IMG/VR virus record: IMGVR_UViG_3300028585_000033
Location: 1-47,982 of that record
Strand: one strand, 5' to 3'
DNA: 47,982 nucleotides
Origin: a virus
Lineage: Duplodnaviria; Caudoviricetes
Shown: one piece after another, positions 18,446 to 26,368 of the stretch
Position numbering within the stretch: position 1 is the stretch's first letter
How the letters are laid out: each line of letters begins with the position of its first letter
Program-made: the position numbers and the translations under genes
Notes under the pieces: generated by a model
Seen by the model: only the letters and a program-made list of their open reading frames with translations
Database searches by the model: none
What the model was told of the DNA's origin: nothing

Positions 18446-18655
18446 TCACCTTTTCTTTCTGCCCTGATATTTAGTCGCCCATGCTTTGGCTATGCCCAGG
18501 CAGTCATCGAACATTTTGCTCTTGCCGCTGGCTGAAGATGAGCGGTGGTAGTAAGCCACCGCCTCGCGGGCTCCGATGTGTGCAACATCAACATCGAAGC
18601 CCTGCTTCACCAGCTCAGAGATAACGTTCTTCTCTATGAACTGGACTGGTGTCAT
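18446..18655 (-). CDS. Hypothetical protein
   Basis: ORF coupled to rha-like gene (ATGA overlap). Confidence 0.7.
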   Translation of the reverse strand: MTPVQFIEKNVISELVKQGFDVDVAHIGAREAVAYYHRSSSASGKSKMFDDCLGIAKAWATKYQGRKKR

Positions 18656-19239
18656 GCTGGATCTCCTTCAGGGAAGTCACCCATGTCGCAGAGCTTGAAC
18701 TGAATCAGATCTCTTACCAGCTGCTCAGCCTTCTTAATGACCCTCTTCTCTTTCTTGCGACGGGTCATTAAAGCGCTGCCTGTTTGTCCGTGCTCCTCAA
18801 AGGAAAACTTTTCAGCAGCAGCAACGCGATTCTGCATTTCACCTATTGCCAGTTCTGTCAGTCCTGAGAAGTCCAGCAGGTTAATGTCTTTGCTTCCTTC
18901 AAGAGCCGTCATGTGATCAAACACCTGAGCCTGCAACTCATAGCTGTAGCTCATCGCCATCAGGCAGGCTTCACGCTTCGGATATTGATAGCAGGGAAGG
19001 TCGCGACCAGTGCTGTCTTTGTACTCAGCCGAAAATTTGGCTGAGTGTTCTTCACCGAGCACCTTCGGTGTTTTAGCAAGGATGTGCTTGTGCTGAATCT
19101 TAGTGAAGCGCTTACAGGGGAATTTCAAGCCTAATGCCCTGGCTTTTGATTCCCGATCAGCATTAATGTAATCGACCATCTCGAGGCTGCTCATGGTCGG
19201 AGCTTCAGTCGATGTAAGTACAGTCAGTGCATTTTTCAT
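18652..19239 (-). CDS. rha: Rha-family regulatory protein
   Basis: TMSSLEMV, YKDSTGRDLPCY..PKREACLMAMSYS motifs; P22/phi80-like position after lysis genes. Confidence 0.8.
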   Translation of the reverse strand: MKNALTVLTSTEAPTMSSLEMVDYINADRESKARALGLKFPCKRFTKIQHKHILAKTPKVLGEEHSAKFSAEYKDSTGRDLPCYQYPKREACLMAMSYSYELQAQVFDHMTALEGSKDINLLDFSGLTELAIGEMQNRVAAAEKFSFEEHGQTGSALMTRRKKEKRVIKKAEQLVRDLIQFKLCDMGDFPEGDPA

Positions 19240-19368
19240 TACGGATACCTATAGAAAGTGAGCCTGTCGCACAGAGAAACTCGCCCCAGAGAGGTCCGCA
19301 CCTATACGGGTTTCTCTCAGGCTCGCTTTCTGTAGGCTCTGGGTGGTTGTTTGCGCGTGCGAGGCGCA

Positions 19369-19397
19369 TAAAAAAGCCCCGCACAATGGCGAGGCTG
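19369..19397 (-). terminator. Intrinsic terminator after lysis cassette
   Basis: AGCCTCGC-CATTGT-GCGGGGCT plus T-run. Confidence 0.72.
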
Positions 19398-19437
19398 ATA
19401 TTGCTCTGTTAGCTGAAGAGAATCTTCTTGGGGTTTG

Positions 19438-19677
19438 TCACATTGATGCCCGATACCACGCTTGCCATCGGTAGATGTTCAGACGGAGGGCTCTCACACA
19501 CTCCGCGCTCTCAATATCCGATTGCAGGTCTGCATCACTGTCCTTTCCCGCCGGGCTTAGTTTGCAAGGCGGGCTGATCAAATCCTGCGATATTGTTGGC
19601 CGCGTCGATTGCTCGCTGGCGCATGCTGACAGCATCATCATCAAAGCGGCACACAGTGCGATTCGGATCTTGCACAT
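19438..19677 (-). CDS. Rz1: Outer-membrane spanin (lipoprotein)
   Basis: Lipobox LSAC; overlaps 3' end of Rz in another frame; Pro/Cys-containing mature part. Confidence 0.8.
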   Translation of the reverse strand: MCKIRIALCAALMMMLSACASEQSTRPTISQDLISPPCKLSPAGKDSDADLQSDIESAECVRALRLNIYRWQAWYRASM

Positions 19678-19924
19678 ATCTCACCACGTCGCGGGTAATG
19701 GTTCGGTAGATGACTTTGCCATCAGCATTAGCCGTTGCCGCCTTCTGCTCAATCGGAACCAATTTGGCTTCAGCCTTCTGTTTCCTAAGTGCGTAGTCAG
19801 CGATAACTTTGGCACTGTGGGCATACCATCCATTGCGGTAGCGAATCTCTCCGTACCCTATGGCGGCGGCGATTAATGCAATGACGGCGAACACTTTCCA
19901 ATTATCAACCAGCCATTTCATCAT
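19535..19924 (-). CDS. Rz: Inner-membrane spanin
   Basis: N-terminal TM, helical periplasmic domain, ITRDVVRYV...C motif; overlapped by lipoprotein gene. Confidence 0.8.
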   Translation of the reverse strand: MMKWLVDNWKVFAVIALIAAAIGYGEIRYRNGWYAHSAKVIADYALRKQKAEAKLVPIEQKAATANADGKVIYRTITRDVVRYVQDPNRTVCRFDDDAVSMRQRAIDAANNIAGFDQPALQTKPGGKGQ

Positions 19925-20322
19925 TCACCTACCGGCGCTGCCTGGATGATTACAGTGCTGGATTCTTTAGCACCCTTCTGCACTGCGCTTGGGTCAATAG
20001 CGATAGAGCACTTGCCCGTGCTTCGCAGGAACTCGTTTTCTTTCTGCAATGAGGTGGCGCGGTCCTCAGCGGTCGAACGCCTGCGGCTCTCTTCGTCGAG
20101 CGTCGTTGCCAGGCTGTCAAGCCGCTTCGTAATCGGCCCGAAGCCCTCTGCAAACTTCATGTTGCGCTCATTCGCCAGGATGAACTGCTCACGCAGTCGG
20201 TTATTACGCTCGGTAAGGTTGACGTTGTCATACCAGAGCTTTCCGACAAAGCCGATGATGATTACCGAGAAGATGACGGGGATGAACCGGCGATATCTCG
20301 CCATTCTCGCTTTACCAGTCAT
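19921..20322 (-). CDS. Second Rz-like type II membrane coiled-coil protein
   Basis: Basic N-terminus, single TM, long heptad-like helix, one Cys; coupled to endolysin and Rz. Confidence 0.65.
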   Translation of the reverse strand: MTGKARMARYRRFIPVIFSVIIIGFVGKLWYDNVNLTERNNRLREQFILANERNMKFAEGFGPITKRLDSLATTLDEESRRRSTAEDRATSLQKENEFLRSTGKCSIAIDPSAVQKGAKESSTVIIQAAPVGE

Positions 20323-20948
20323 AGGAGCACCTGCTCTGCAACCCGTGTGCGTGCAATGCGATCTGCCAGCCCGTTTGTTCCGCCATTAATCCGGCGGGTC
20401 AATCCAGTCACGTCAGATGCATCGGCGAAGCGGTTGCAGTCGTTGGCCTGCCAGAACCAGCCAGCCGAGCGAGCGGCATTGACGTCTTCCAGCAGTAAAT
20501 CAGGAATAGTCAGCAGCGGCATGTTTAATGCTTTACCGCAGGCTTCGTAGTTGTCGTGAAAAGTAACCTGCTTCAGTCCACGTCCACGAAACTTCCAGCC
20601 ATCACCGCTGAGGTTGTTTCCATAACGGCCGCCGTAAACAATATTGGCTATGGCTGCCTGTCGCACCTGCGATAATGCTGGCTCACCGGACTTGCGCCCT
20701 AGCTGCTCACGTTGGGCTGCAGTAAGGCGAGATCCGAAGATAGCAAGACCGGCAACTGAATAGTTCAGGCTTTCTCTGACTACAGTGAACCCGCCCGACT
20801 CCGTACCAATCTGTCCAATGAAGTAAGCCTGGCGTTTTGGTGTATCAATGCCGAACTCTTTCATTGCAGCCAGAACGTGCGGATACCACCGGATGGCTAG
20901 CGCATCAGAAATAGATGCAGCCTTTTTAAACTGGTCTCTGGTCATCAT
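20319..20948 (-). CDS. Endolysin, glycoside hydrolase family 19
   Basis: GQIGTESGGF, GDGWKFRGRGLKQVT, SAGWFW, TRRINGGTNG. Confidence 0.92.
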   Translation of the reverse strand: MMTRDQFKKAASISDALAIRWYPHVLAAMKEFGIDTPKRQAYFIGQIGTESGGFTVVRESLNYSVAGLAIFGSRLTAAQREQLGRKSGEPALSQVRQAAIANIVYGGRYGNNLSGDGWKFRGRGLKQVTFHDNYEACGKALNMPLLTIPDLLLEDVNAARSAGWFWQANDCNRFADASDVTGLTRRINGGTNGLADRIARTRVAEQVLL

Positions 20949-21268
20949 TCAGCAACTCCCGAATCTCCTCCAGCTTTCTGCAGGAAACGCTTTTCAAGGG
21001 TTTTAATCAGAGATGAGCCGGACCAGCCAGCCATACCACAGATAGCGCCGGTGACTTCCTGCGGCCACTGCCAGTAAATGGCGAGCAGCATCATTAGGAA
21101 CCCGGCAAACACGGAGACGATCATCTGAAGACACAGGGTGCGCCAACTGAAGGCGTCCCCGCTTAATACCTTGTAGGCGTATGCCGCTATCGAACCGAGG
21201 ACTGTCATCCCCAGAGCGATCATGGCGGCGAATAAGCCCGGATCTGATTTATATGGCATGCGACGCAT
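20945..21268 (-). CDS. Holin (three TM) with dual-start motif M-R-R-M
   Basis: Start reassigned to ATG 21268 (107 aa) / ATG 21259 (104 aa); three hydrophobic segments, charged C-terminus; precedes endolysin. Confidence 0.85.
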   Translation of the reverse strand: MRRMPYKSDPGLFAAMIALGMTVLGSIAAYAYKVLSGDAFSWRTLCLQMIVSVFAGFLMMLLAIYWQWPQEVTGAICGMAGWSGSSLIKTLEKRFLQKAGGDSGVAE

Positions 21269-21512
21269 TCCTACCCCCTGATACGGGGACTTATCCTGTT
21301 TAGGAATTGATGACATTGTGAACAGAACAAGCCCGGTTAAACTTCCCACTGTCACCTGAGAAACCTTCCCGAGCCTTCCCGCCGTCTAATGCCCGACGCA
21401 GCCTTAGTTGTCACAATGAGAATCCCGCGTTTGCGGATATCCACCGTAGAAAAGAGCGCTCCTCCCCATCACAGCAATGAGGGTCATCCGATTTAGTTTT
21501 GGGAGGGCGCTA

Positions 21513-21541
21513 AAAAGAAAAGGCCCACCGAAGTGAGCCTT
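21513..21541 (-). terminator. Late-leader terminator (tR'-like)
   Basis: AGGCTCAC-TTCG-GTGGGCCT plus TTTCTTTTT. Confidence 0.8.
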
Positions 21542-21615
21542 TGAAATAGTTTAGTGATGTTACTTATCCGCTACAGGGTATGCGGCAATTCTTATCCCCT
21601 ATGGAGGATAGAAAT

Positions 21616-21651
21616 AAAAAAGCCCCGCCGACTGGTGAGGTCGCGAGGCTT
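21616..21651 (-). terminator. Terminator downstream of Q
   Basis: AAGCCTCG...CGGGGCTT plus T-run. Confidence 0.65.
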
Positions 21652-21777
21652 CTTGGCATCCACATTTATGCAACTGACCGTAGAAGCTTCGATCTGTTCG
21701 CTTCACTTCCCGATCATGCCGTTAATGTGCCAGGTCGCATGCCCTTTGTCTTTGGCAATTCGTGCTATTTTGTATAA

Positions 21778-22401
21778 TCACGCAGCGATTTTAGGAATCT
21801 CCTTCTCCATTTCTCGCTTAATTGCATAAAACATTTCTCCTTCGATGATATCCATCGCCCATTCCATTCTGTTGCGGGCCTCTTTCGGTGAGATGCTGCA
21901 GTAATAAATCAGGGATGAGCCGATATTTTGCACGCTCTTGCGCTTGCAGTATCGTAATCTGGCTACGTTCCGAAGCGGGTTATCCCTTCCGAATGTCTTC
22001 ACCATGACTGATTCAACAAAGGCGGCATCATCTGATTCTTTGGCGAGAGCGATGATGTTTGCCGTTGATGACTGAGGAATAAGCAGGTCGCGAGCCTTGC
22101 GGAACAACTCTTCACCACGCAGCCCTTCACAATGCAGTTGTGACACGATTTTCTCTATCTGCTTGCCCTTCTGCTCACTCCATTCGCATCGCATCATCAG
22201 GCGCCCGATAACGTTAACCTCTGCGCGGTCGTAATCCTCTCCGCCCAGGTGATCGCCCCATACGCCCAGCAGATGCCTGACCCAAGCCTGCTGAGATTTG
22301 TTGATGGTCTTCCAGCCATTGCCGAATAACCGGCGCATGTCCGCTGCTGTTCTGACGCCTGACAGCCTGACGATTTGCTGATAGTCACGCTCAATGCGCA
22401 T
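21778..22401 (-). CDS. Q: Putative late antitermination protein Q
   Basis: Last nin-region gene before terminators and lysis cassette; C-terminal sigma4-like HTH; assignment mostly positional. Confidence 0.65.
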   Translation of the reverse strand: MRIERDYQQIVRLSGVRTAADMRRLFGNGWKTINKSQQAWVRHLLGVWGDHLGGEDYDRAEVNVIGRLMMRCEWSEQKGKQIEKIVSQLHCEGLRGEELFRKARDLLIPQSSTANIIALAKESDDAAFVESVMVKTFGRDNPLRNVARLRYCKRKSVQNIGSSLIYYCSISPKEARNRMEWAMDIIEGEMFYAIKREMEKEIPKIAA

Positions 22402-22516
22402 GCTTAACCCCCATCATCTTCGCCGTGTTCCGGATTATCCGGTAGTTGATCTCGTACATGCCGCGCATCTTTACAATGCGAAGGCGGAGCCACTTCTTTC
22501 TGAGGTATTCGGTCAT
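22391..22516 (-). CDS. Small basic hypothetical protein, 41 aa
   Basis: Own translation MTEYLRKKWLRLRIVKMRG...; overlapped start/stop chain. Confidence 0.5.
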   Translation of the reverse strand: MTEYLRKKWLRLRIVKMRGMYEINYRIIRNTAKMMGVKHAH

Positions 22517-22674
22517 GCGAGCCACCAGTTCATGATGCGCTGGCTCAATGGCAGTCGGCGCTGTGGTTGATACTGGACGCGCTCAATCTTGGCGTTAATT
22601 TCATTAAGCCGGGATTCGAGCTGCTTTTTGCTGTGCAGGTACATAGCCAGGCGATAATGGTCGATTGGTTTCAT
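22513..22674 (-). CDS. Small hypothetical protein, 53 aa
   Basis: Own translation MKPIDHYRLAMYLHSKKQLE...; ATGA overlaps on both sides. Confidence 0.55.
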   Translation of the reverse strand: MKPIDHYRLAMYLHSKKQLESRLNEINAKIERVQYQPQRRLPLSQRIMNWWLA

Positions 22675-23261
22675 GCTGCCTCTCTTTGCTTATTCAGTTC
22701 ACGCAGAGCCGCCCTGTAACGCGCTCGTATCGCGTCCAGCTCTTCTCTGGTGTATCGGTGAGGTTCGTTGTTTGATTCGAGCGCCAGAACGCGCTGAAGG
22801 CCTATTCTGGTGATGAGGTTAATGCGGTACTGCTGTTGATTGCCGGATAGCTGGACGTTGCAGCGATGACACTGTTTTGCCAGATTGTCTTCGTTGTAGC
22901 GGAGATGTGATGCCGCGCCGCGTGACCGGTAATGCCCTGCTTCCCACTGAACCGTCTCCCATGTGCCGCAACTTATGCACGGTAAGTCCCTGTCCCTTCC
23001 CTTTGTGATGTAGTCGTTAACAGCTCGCTGGGTTAAGTCTTCCCAGTGCTTTAGCGGCTTCAGGTCTGACTTACGCTTATTCCAGGCACGACGGGCTTCA
23101 GCATCAGCTTCCTTCTGCTGCTTCTCTTTCTGTCGTTGCTGGTATTGGTATGCGCAGGATGGGGTGCAGATGTACTGGAGAGGCCTGGCTGGGATGAATT
23201 CGGTTTTGCAGTGCTTACAGGTTTTCGGCTTCGGCGGCTTTGGCTTAATCGCCTTTGCCAT
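22671..23261 (-). CDS. ninG: NinG/Rap recombination endonuclease
   Basis: CKHC..., RDRDLPCISCG, AGHYRSRGAA, QCHRCN. Confidence 0.9.
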   Translation of the reverse strand: MAKAIKPKPPKPKTCKHCKTEFIPARPLQYICTPSCAYQYQQRQKEKQQKEADAEARRAWNKRKSDLKPLKHWEDLTQRAVNDYITKGRDRDLPCISCGTWETVQWEAGHYRSRGAASHLRYNEDNLAKQCHRCNVQLSGNQQQYRINLITRIGLQRVLALESNNEPHRYTREELDAIRARYRAALRELNKQREAA

Positions 23262-23400
23262 CTTCATCTCCTTTAGATTGCTGTGTGCATTCTGCGCAAA
23301 TCCTGCTCATCTTTGGCCCCATGAAGGAGCTTGCGCATAACAGGCAAATCCCTATGTATGATCCTGTTGGGTAGTTTTTTGGCGAGTTGTTATCTGGCAT
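23245..23400 (-). CDS. Small zinc-finger hypothetical protein, 51 aa
   Basis: Own translation with CLLC...CAEC. Confidence 0.5.
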   Translation of the reverse strand: MPDNNSPKNYPTGSYIGICLLCASSFMGPKMSRICAECTQQSKGDEDGKGD

Positions 23401-23401
23401 T

Positions 23402-23590
23402 TCAAAACCACTCATCGTCCACCCCCATTAGTCCGTTTGGGTCTAGCAGTAGCCACAGGTCGAGGCATGAGCCACAGGCGTAGACTTCGGTATCCAGCAA
23501 TTGAGCACCACAGCCAGCGCATGCAGAAGCAGACTGCACGCCATCGCCAGTAGGCTGACTTGATTGGCTGGTCCCGTTCATGGTCTTCAT
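23402..23590 (-). CDS. ninF: NinF-like zinc-finger protein
   Basis: CAGCGAQLLDTEVYACGSC...DPN resembles lambda/P22 NinF (CANCGQKLHVLEVHVC...DPN). Confidence 0.6.
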   Translation of the reverse strand: MKTMNGTSQSSQPTGDGVQSASACAGCGAQLLDTEVYACGSCLDLWLLLDPNGLMGVDDEWF

Positions 23591-23687
23591 AGCGGTAATC
23601 TACCTCGCACGATTCGCAATTTTGGCCGTAGTGATACTTGTCTTCTGAGGTGAGGATGGTGTGGCAGCGACAGCAGCGTTCTTTCAA
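23412..23687 (-). CDS. Hypothetical zinc-finger protein overlapping ninF
   Basis: CCRC...CESC; start coupled to methylase stop with RBS GGAGG. Confidence 0.5.
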   Translation of the reverse strand: MKERCCRCHTILTSEDKYHYGQNCESCEVDYRYEDHERDQPIKSAYWRWRAVCFCMRWLWCSIAGYRSLRLWLMPRPVATARPKRTNGGGR

Positions 23688-24421
23688 GCGGCCTCCGATG
23701 TAAATTCTTTTGAGAGACCGATCCTTTCACTTGCTACCTGAAAAATTTCTGCGTCTTTCTCTATGCCAATAAACCTGCGCCCCAAATCCTGACATGCAAC
23801 ACCAGTTGTGCCGCTTCCCATCGTGAAATCGAGGACTGCATCTCCAGGGTTGCTGAATGTTTCAATGAGGTATTTGACGAGAGCCAGTGGCTTTTGAGTT
23901 GAGTGAAGTGCGTTTTTTTGTTTGTCGCTTGAGAAAATCTGAACATCCCGTGGATAACGTCGCGTTGAGTCATACGTTACTTGCTGGAGAGCTTCACCAT
24001 AGACGTCCGAGTTTAAGTTACTTCTGGTTGCAGTCTTTCTGGAATGCCCTTCCGTAAATTGAGGGTTGTAGGTTGGCTGCTTACGGTAAAATATCTGGAT
24101 ATTTTCATGCGCCCTCATCAGTTGCTTTTTGGCGTTTAAAAATCCAGTGGCATGCGGCTTTTCCCATATCAGCTCAGACTTCCAGTTTTTTAGGTTGCTG
24201 CTAACAAGGATGCTGGTAAATGGCTGCGCGGAAAATAGAACTATTGCGGCATTAGTTTTGGCAACACGGTTTATCTGCTTCCACATTTGACTAAGGTCTA
24301 TAACTGAATCCCATTTGCATTGCGTGGTGCCATAAGGGATGTCTGCACATACCATATCCACAGATCCATCAGGAATGAGATTCATTTTTTCAATGCAATC
24401 TCCAATAATTAAATTAATCAT
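23684..24421 (-). CDS. Orphan DNA amino-methyltransferase (N4-C/N6-A, beta class)
   Basis: Catalytic DIPY near N-terminus, HSTQKP, SAM motif DFTMGSGTTG near C-terminus. Confidence 0.9.
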   Translation of the reverse strand: MINLIIGDCIEKMNLIPDGSVDMVCADIPYGTTQCKWDSVIDLSQMWKQINRVAKTNAAIVLFSAQPFTSILVSSNLKNWKSELIWEKPHATGFLNAKKQLMRAHENIQIFYRKQPTYNPQFTEGHSRKTATRSNLNSDVYGEALQQVTYDSTRRYPRDVQIFSSDKQKNALHSTQKPLALVKYLIETFSNPGDAVLDFTMGSGTTGVACQDLGRRFIGIEKDAEIFQVASERIGLSKEFTSEAA

Positions 24422-24424
24422 GAT

Positions 24425-24622
24425 TCAGCTCCACATTGGGTTTTTATACTGACGACTCGGCTTTGGCTCTTCCCGGAACTCAGGCAGCAGCGCGGACACA
24501 ATCCAGAGGCGCGGATCGAGTGCGAGTGTCTTCTGAGTTTTGATATTGCGGAAGGCGTAGCGGGAAAGGAGTTCGTTAGCGGTTTCGGTGTCTACAGGGT
24601 CATGATTGAACCACGTTTTCAT
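24425..24622 (-). CDS. Hypothetical nin-region protein
   Basis: ORF in overlapped chain. Confidence 0.65.
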   Translation of the reverse strand: MKTWFNHDPVDTETANELLSRYAFRNIKTQKTLALDPRLWIVSALLPEFREEPKPSRQYKNPMWS

Positions 24623-24905
24623 GGCGCCCCCTCACTGAGTGCAGAAGCTGATTGAAATCTGCCATGACCGGGCTGACGCCAAATCCAGCCTGTTCGTTTG
24701 CCAGCCTGTAGCGGCATGAATTGTGTTTTGCGCCCGTGATGTGCTCCTTTACGACGTGATGCCCGCCACAGAGCGTGCTGAGGGTGTTAGACACATTGGC
24801 CCGATTAGTGCGGCAGGACTTACATACCGGACCTATCAGCTCTGACGTCTGGTGCCATTTCCCGTCAGAGAGAATGCCCAGCAATGCTGCTTTGATTTTG
24901 CTCAT
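24600..24905 (-). CDS. Hypothetical protein (possible winged helix)
   Basis: Start reassigned to ATG 24905 (RBS GGAG). Confidence 0.6.
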   Translation of the reverse strand: MSKIKAALLGILSDGKWHQTSELIGPVCKSCRTNRANVSNTLSTLCGGHHVVKEHITGAKHNSCRYRLANEQAGFGVSPVMADFNQLLHSVRGRHENVVQS

Positions 24906-25462
24906 GATGTACTCCCGAATCTTCCTGCCCATTCAGCAGCTCGCGCTGACTCGTCGCTAAACCTGATGTGGCATTCTTGATGTGGATGGAATGTGTGATA
25001 GTTCTTTTTTGCCTGAATTCTGGCCGCAACTGCTTCATCAAATGTTTCGAACTGACCCAGGCGGATTCGTTTGTTTTCCACATTGATGTAGGCGAGCCAC
25101 TTTTTACTGCGTTTGATGAAAGAGACGCCTGTCACACCGCTGGTGCTGTCAGACCTCAAGCCCTCATTCTGATGATTTTGCGCGTGAGTGCATTTTCTGA
25201 GGTTTGATTCGTGAATGTTTAATGGGTTTCGGTCGATATGGTCAATGTGATGGGATGGCCAAGCTCCATGGACCAGAAGCCAGACAAGCCTATGAGCTAA
25301 ATATGTGACTCCATCAATTCTGATTTGCCGATAGCCCTTACTGTCGATGGTTCCAGCAACATCACCGACCTTCTTGGTTCCACCACGATATATTTTCCAA
25401 GTGAACACCCCATTCTCACGATCGAAATTTAAAACCTCTTCAAGCCTTTGCTTGGTGATCAT
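24902..25462 (-). CDS. HNH homing endonuclease with AP2 domain
   Basis: YLAHRLVW, IDHIDRNPLN, TSGVTGV, LGQFETFDEAVAAR; start ATG 25462. Confidence 0.9.
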   Translation of the reverse strand: MITKQRLEEVLNFDRENGVFTWKIYRGGTKKVGDVAGTIDSKGYRQIRIDGVTYLAHRLVWLLVHGAWPSHHIDHIDRNPLNIHESNLRKCTHAQNHQNEGLRSDSTSGVTGVSFIKRSKKWLAYINVENKRIRLGQFETFDEAVAARIQAKKNYHTFHPHQECHIRFSDESARAAEWAGRFGSTS

Positions 25463-25920
25463 TCTGTCCTCCCGTTCTTTTCGCCCCAGCGTTGCGCCCA
25501 TTCGATTTCTAACCGGGCTTCGTCGCTGAATTTCACGTTCTGCTCTGTGCCGAACCAGTAAATCGCCTCGATGACTTCAACCATTTCGCTCACGCGCATC
25601 TTGCTGGTCCGGGAGCCAAACATGACGACGCCGCCGCCGATGCCGGGTGCGGTGCGCTGCTGTTCGTTTTTGGATTTCGCTACGAGAGCGGTGATAAGGT
25701 CTTTCCAGTCGTCCGGGGTGTACTTCTGCCCGTACCATTCAACTTGCCGGGAAAGGTCATGGAGAAGCGGCCACATACGGCGATTCTGGTCCGTTGTGCG
25801 CTTGCGTTCTTGGATGACTATTTCGAATGACTTATCTGGATTGGCGGGGAGTTGCTGGATGGCGCTGATGCAGTTCTGTCTGATGTTGCTGTCTCTCAGT
25901 AGATAACGTTGCGTTTCCAC
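25459..25920 (-). CDS. ninB: NinB/Orf recombination mediator
   Basis: RTTDQNRRMW.LL.DLSRQVEW.G, RTSKMRVSEM motifs. Confidence 0.9.
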   Translation of the reverse strand: METQRYLLRDSNIRQNCISAIQQLPANPDKSFEIVIQERKRTTDQNRRMWPLLHDLSRQVEWYGQKYTPDDWKDLITALVAKSKNEQQRTAPGIGGGVVMFGSRTSKMRVSEMVEVIEAIYWFGTEQNVKFSDEARLEIEWAQRWGEKNGRTE

Positions 25921-25922
25921 TG

Positions 25923-26105
25923 TTACCTCGCTTCGATTTTCTCCACGTAGTCGTAGAGGTTGTCAGCTGCTGCGCTTAACAGCAGATCGATACTCTGTTG
26001 ACTGTGGCCGCCTTCGCGAATCATCTTCAGGGCAGTCACTATGGCTGAGTGTGTATCTCTGAGAGGTTTGTGCTCAGAGCGTTTTAAGGGGATTACGTTG
26101 TTCAT
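25923..26105 (-). CDS. Hypothetical protein
   Basis: ORF in overlapped chain. Confidence 0.6.
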   Translation of the reverse strand: MNNVIPLKRSEHKPLRDTHSAIVTALKMIREGGHSQQSIDLLLSAAADNLYDYVEKIEAR

Positions 26106-26368
26106 GGTTTTCGCTCTCCGCGATACATGAAAATATTCAGGTCGCTTTTCGTGGCTACACGCATGGTGCTACCGTCTTTCAGCTGGTCCAGTTCGAAAGC
26201 GTCGTACAGCTCGTTAACTGCCTTCTGCCGCCTGGTTTCCTTCCGTCGCTTATCCCACTGCTTCGCCAGTAGGAGAACAAACCACTGGAAAGCCTTGATG
26301 ATGATAAATACATACCCAATCGCCATCAGGCCAATCATCATCCATTCATTGAGGCTGATATCTTTCAT
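26102..26368 (-). CDS. Hypothetical membrane protein
   Basis: N-terminal TM; ELYDAFEL motif common in phage nin regions. Confidence 0.65.
   Translation of the reverse strand: MKDISLNEWMMIGLMAIGYVFIIIKAFQWFVLLLAKQWDKRRKETRRQKAVNELYDAFELDQLKDGSTMRVATKSDLNIFMYRGERKP

Noticed and set aside
20945-21355. 136-aa holin with upstream GTG start
   Set aside because: RBS, sdi-like hairpin and dual-start motif support starts at 21268/21259.
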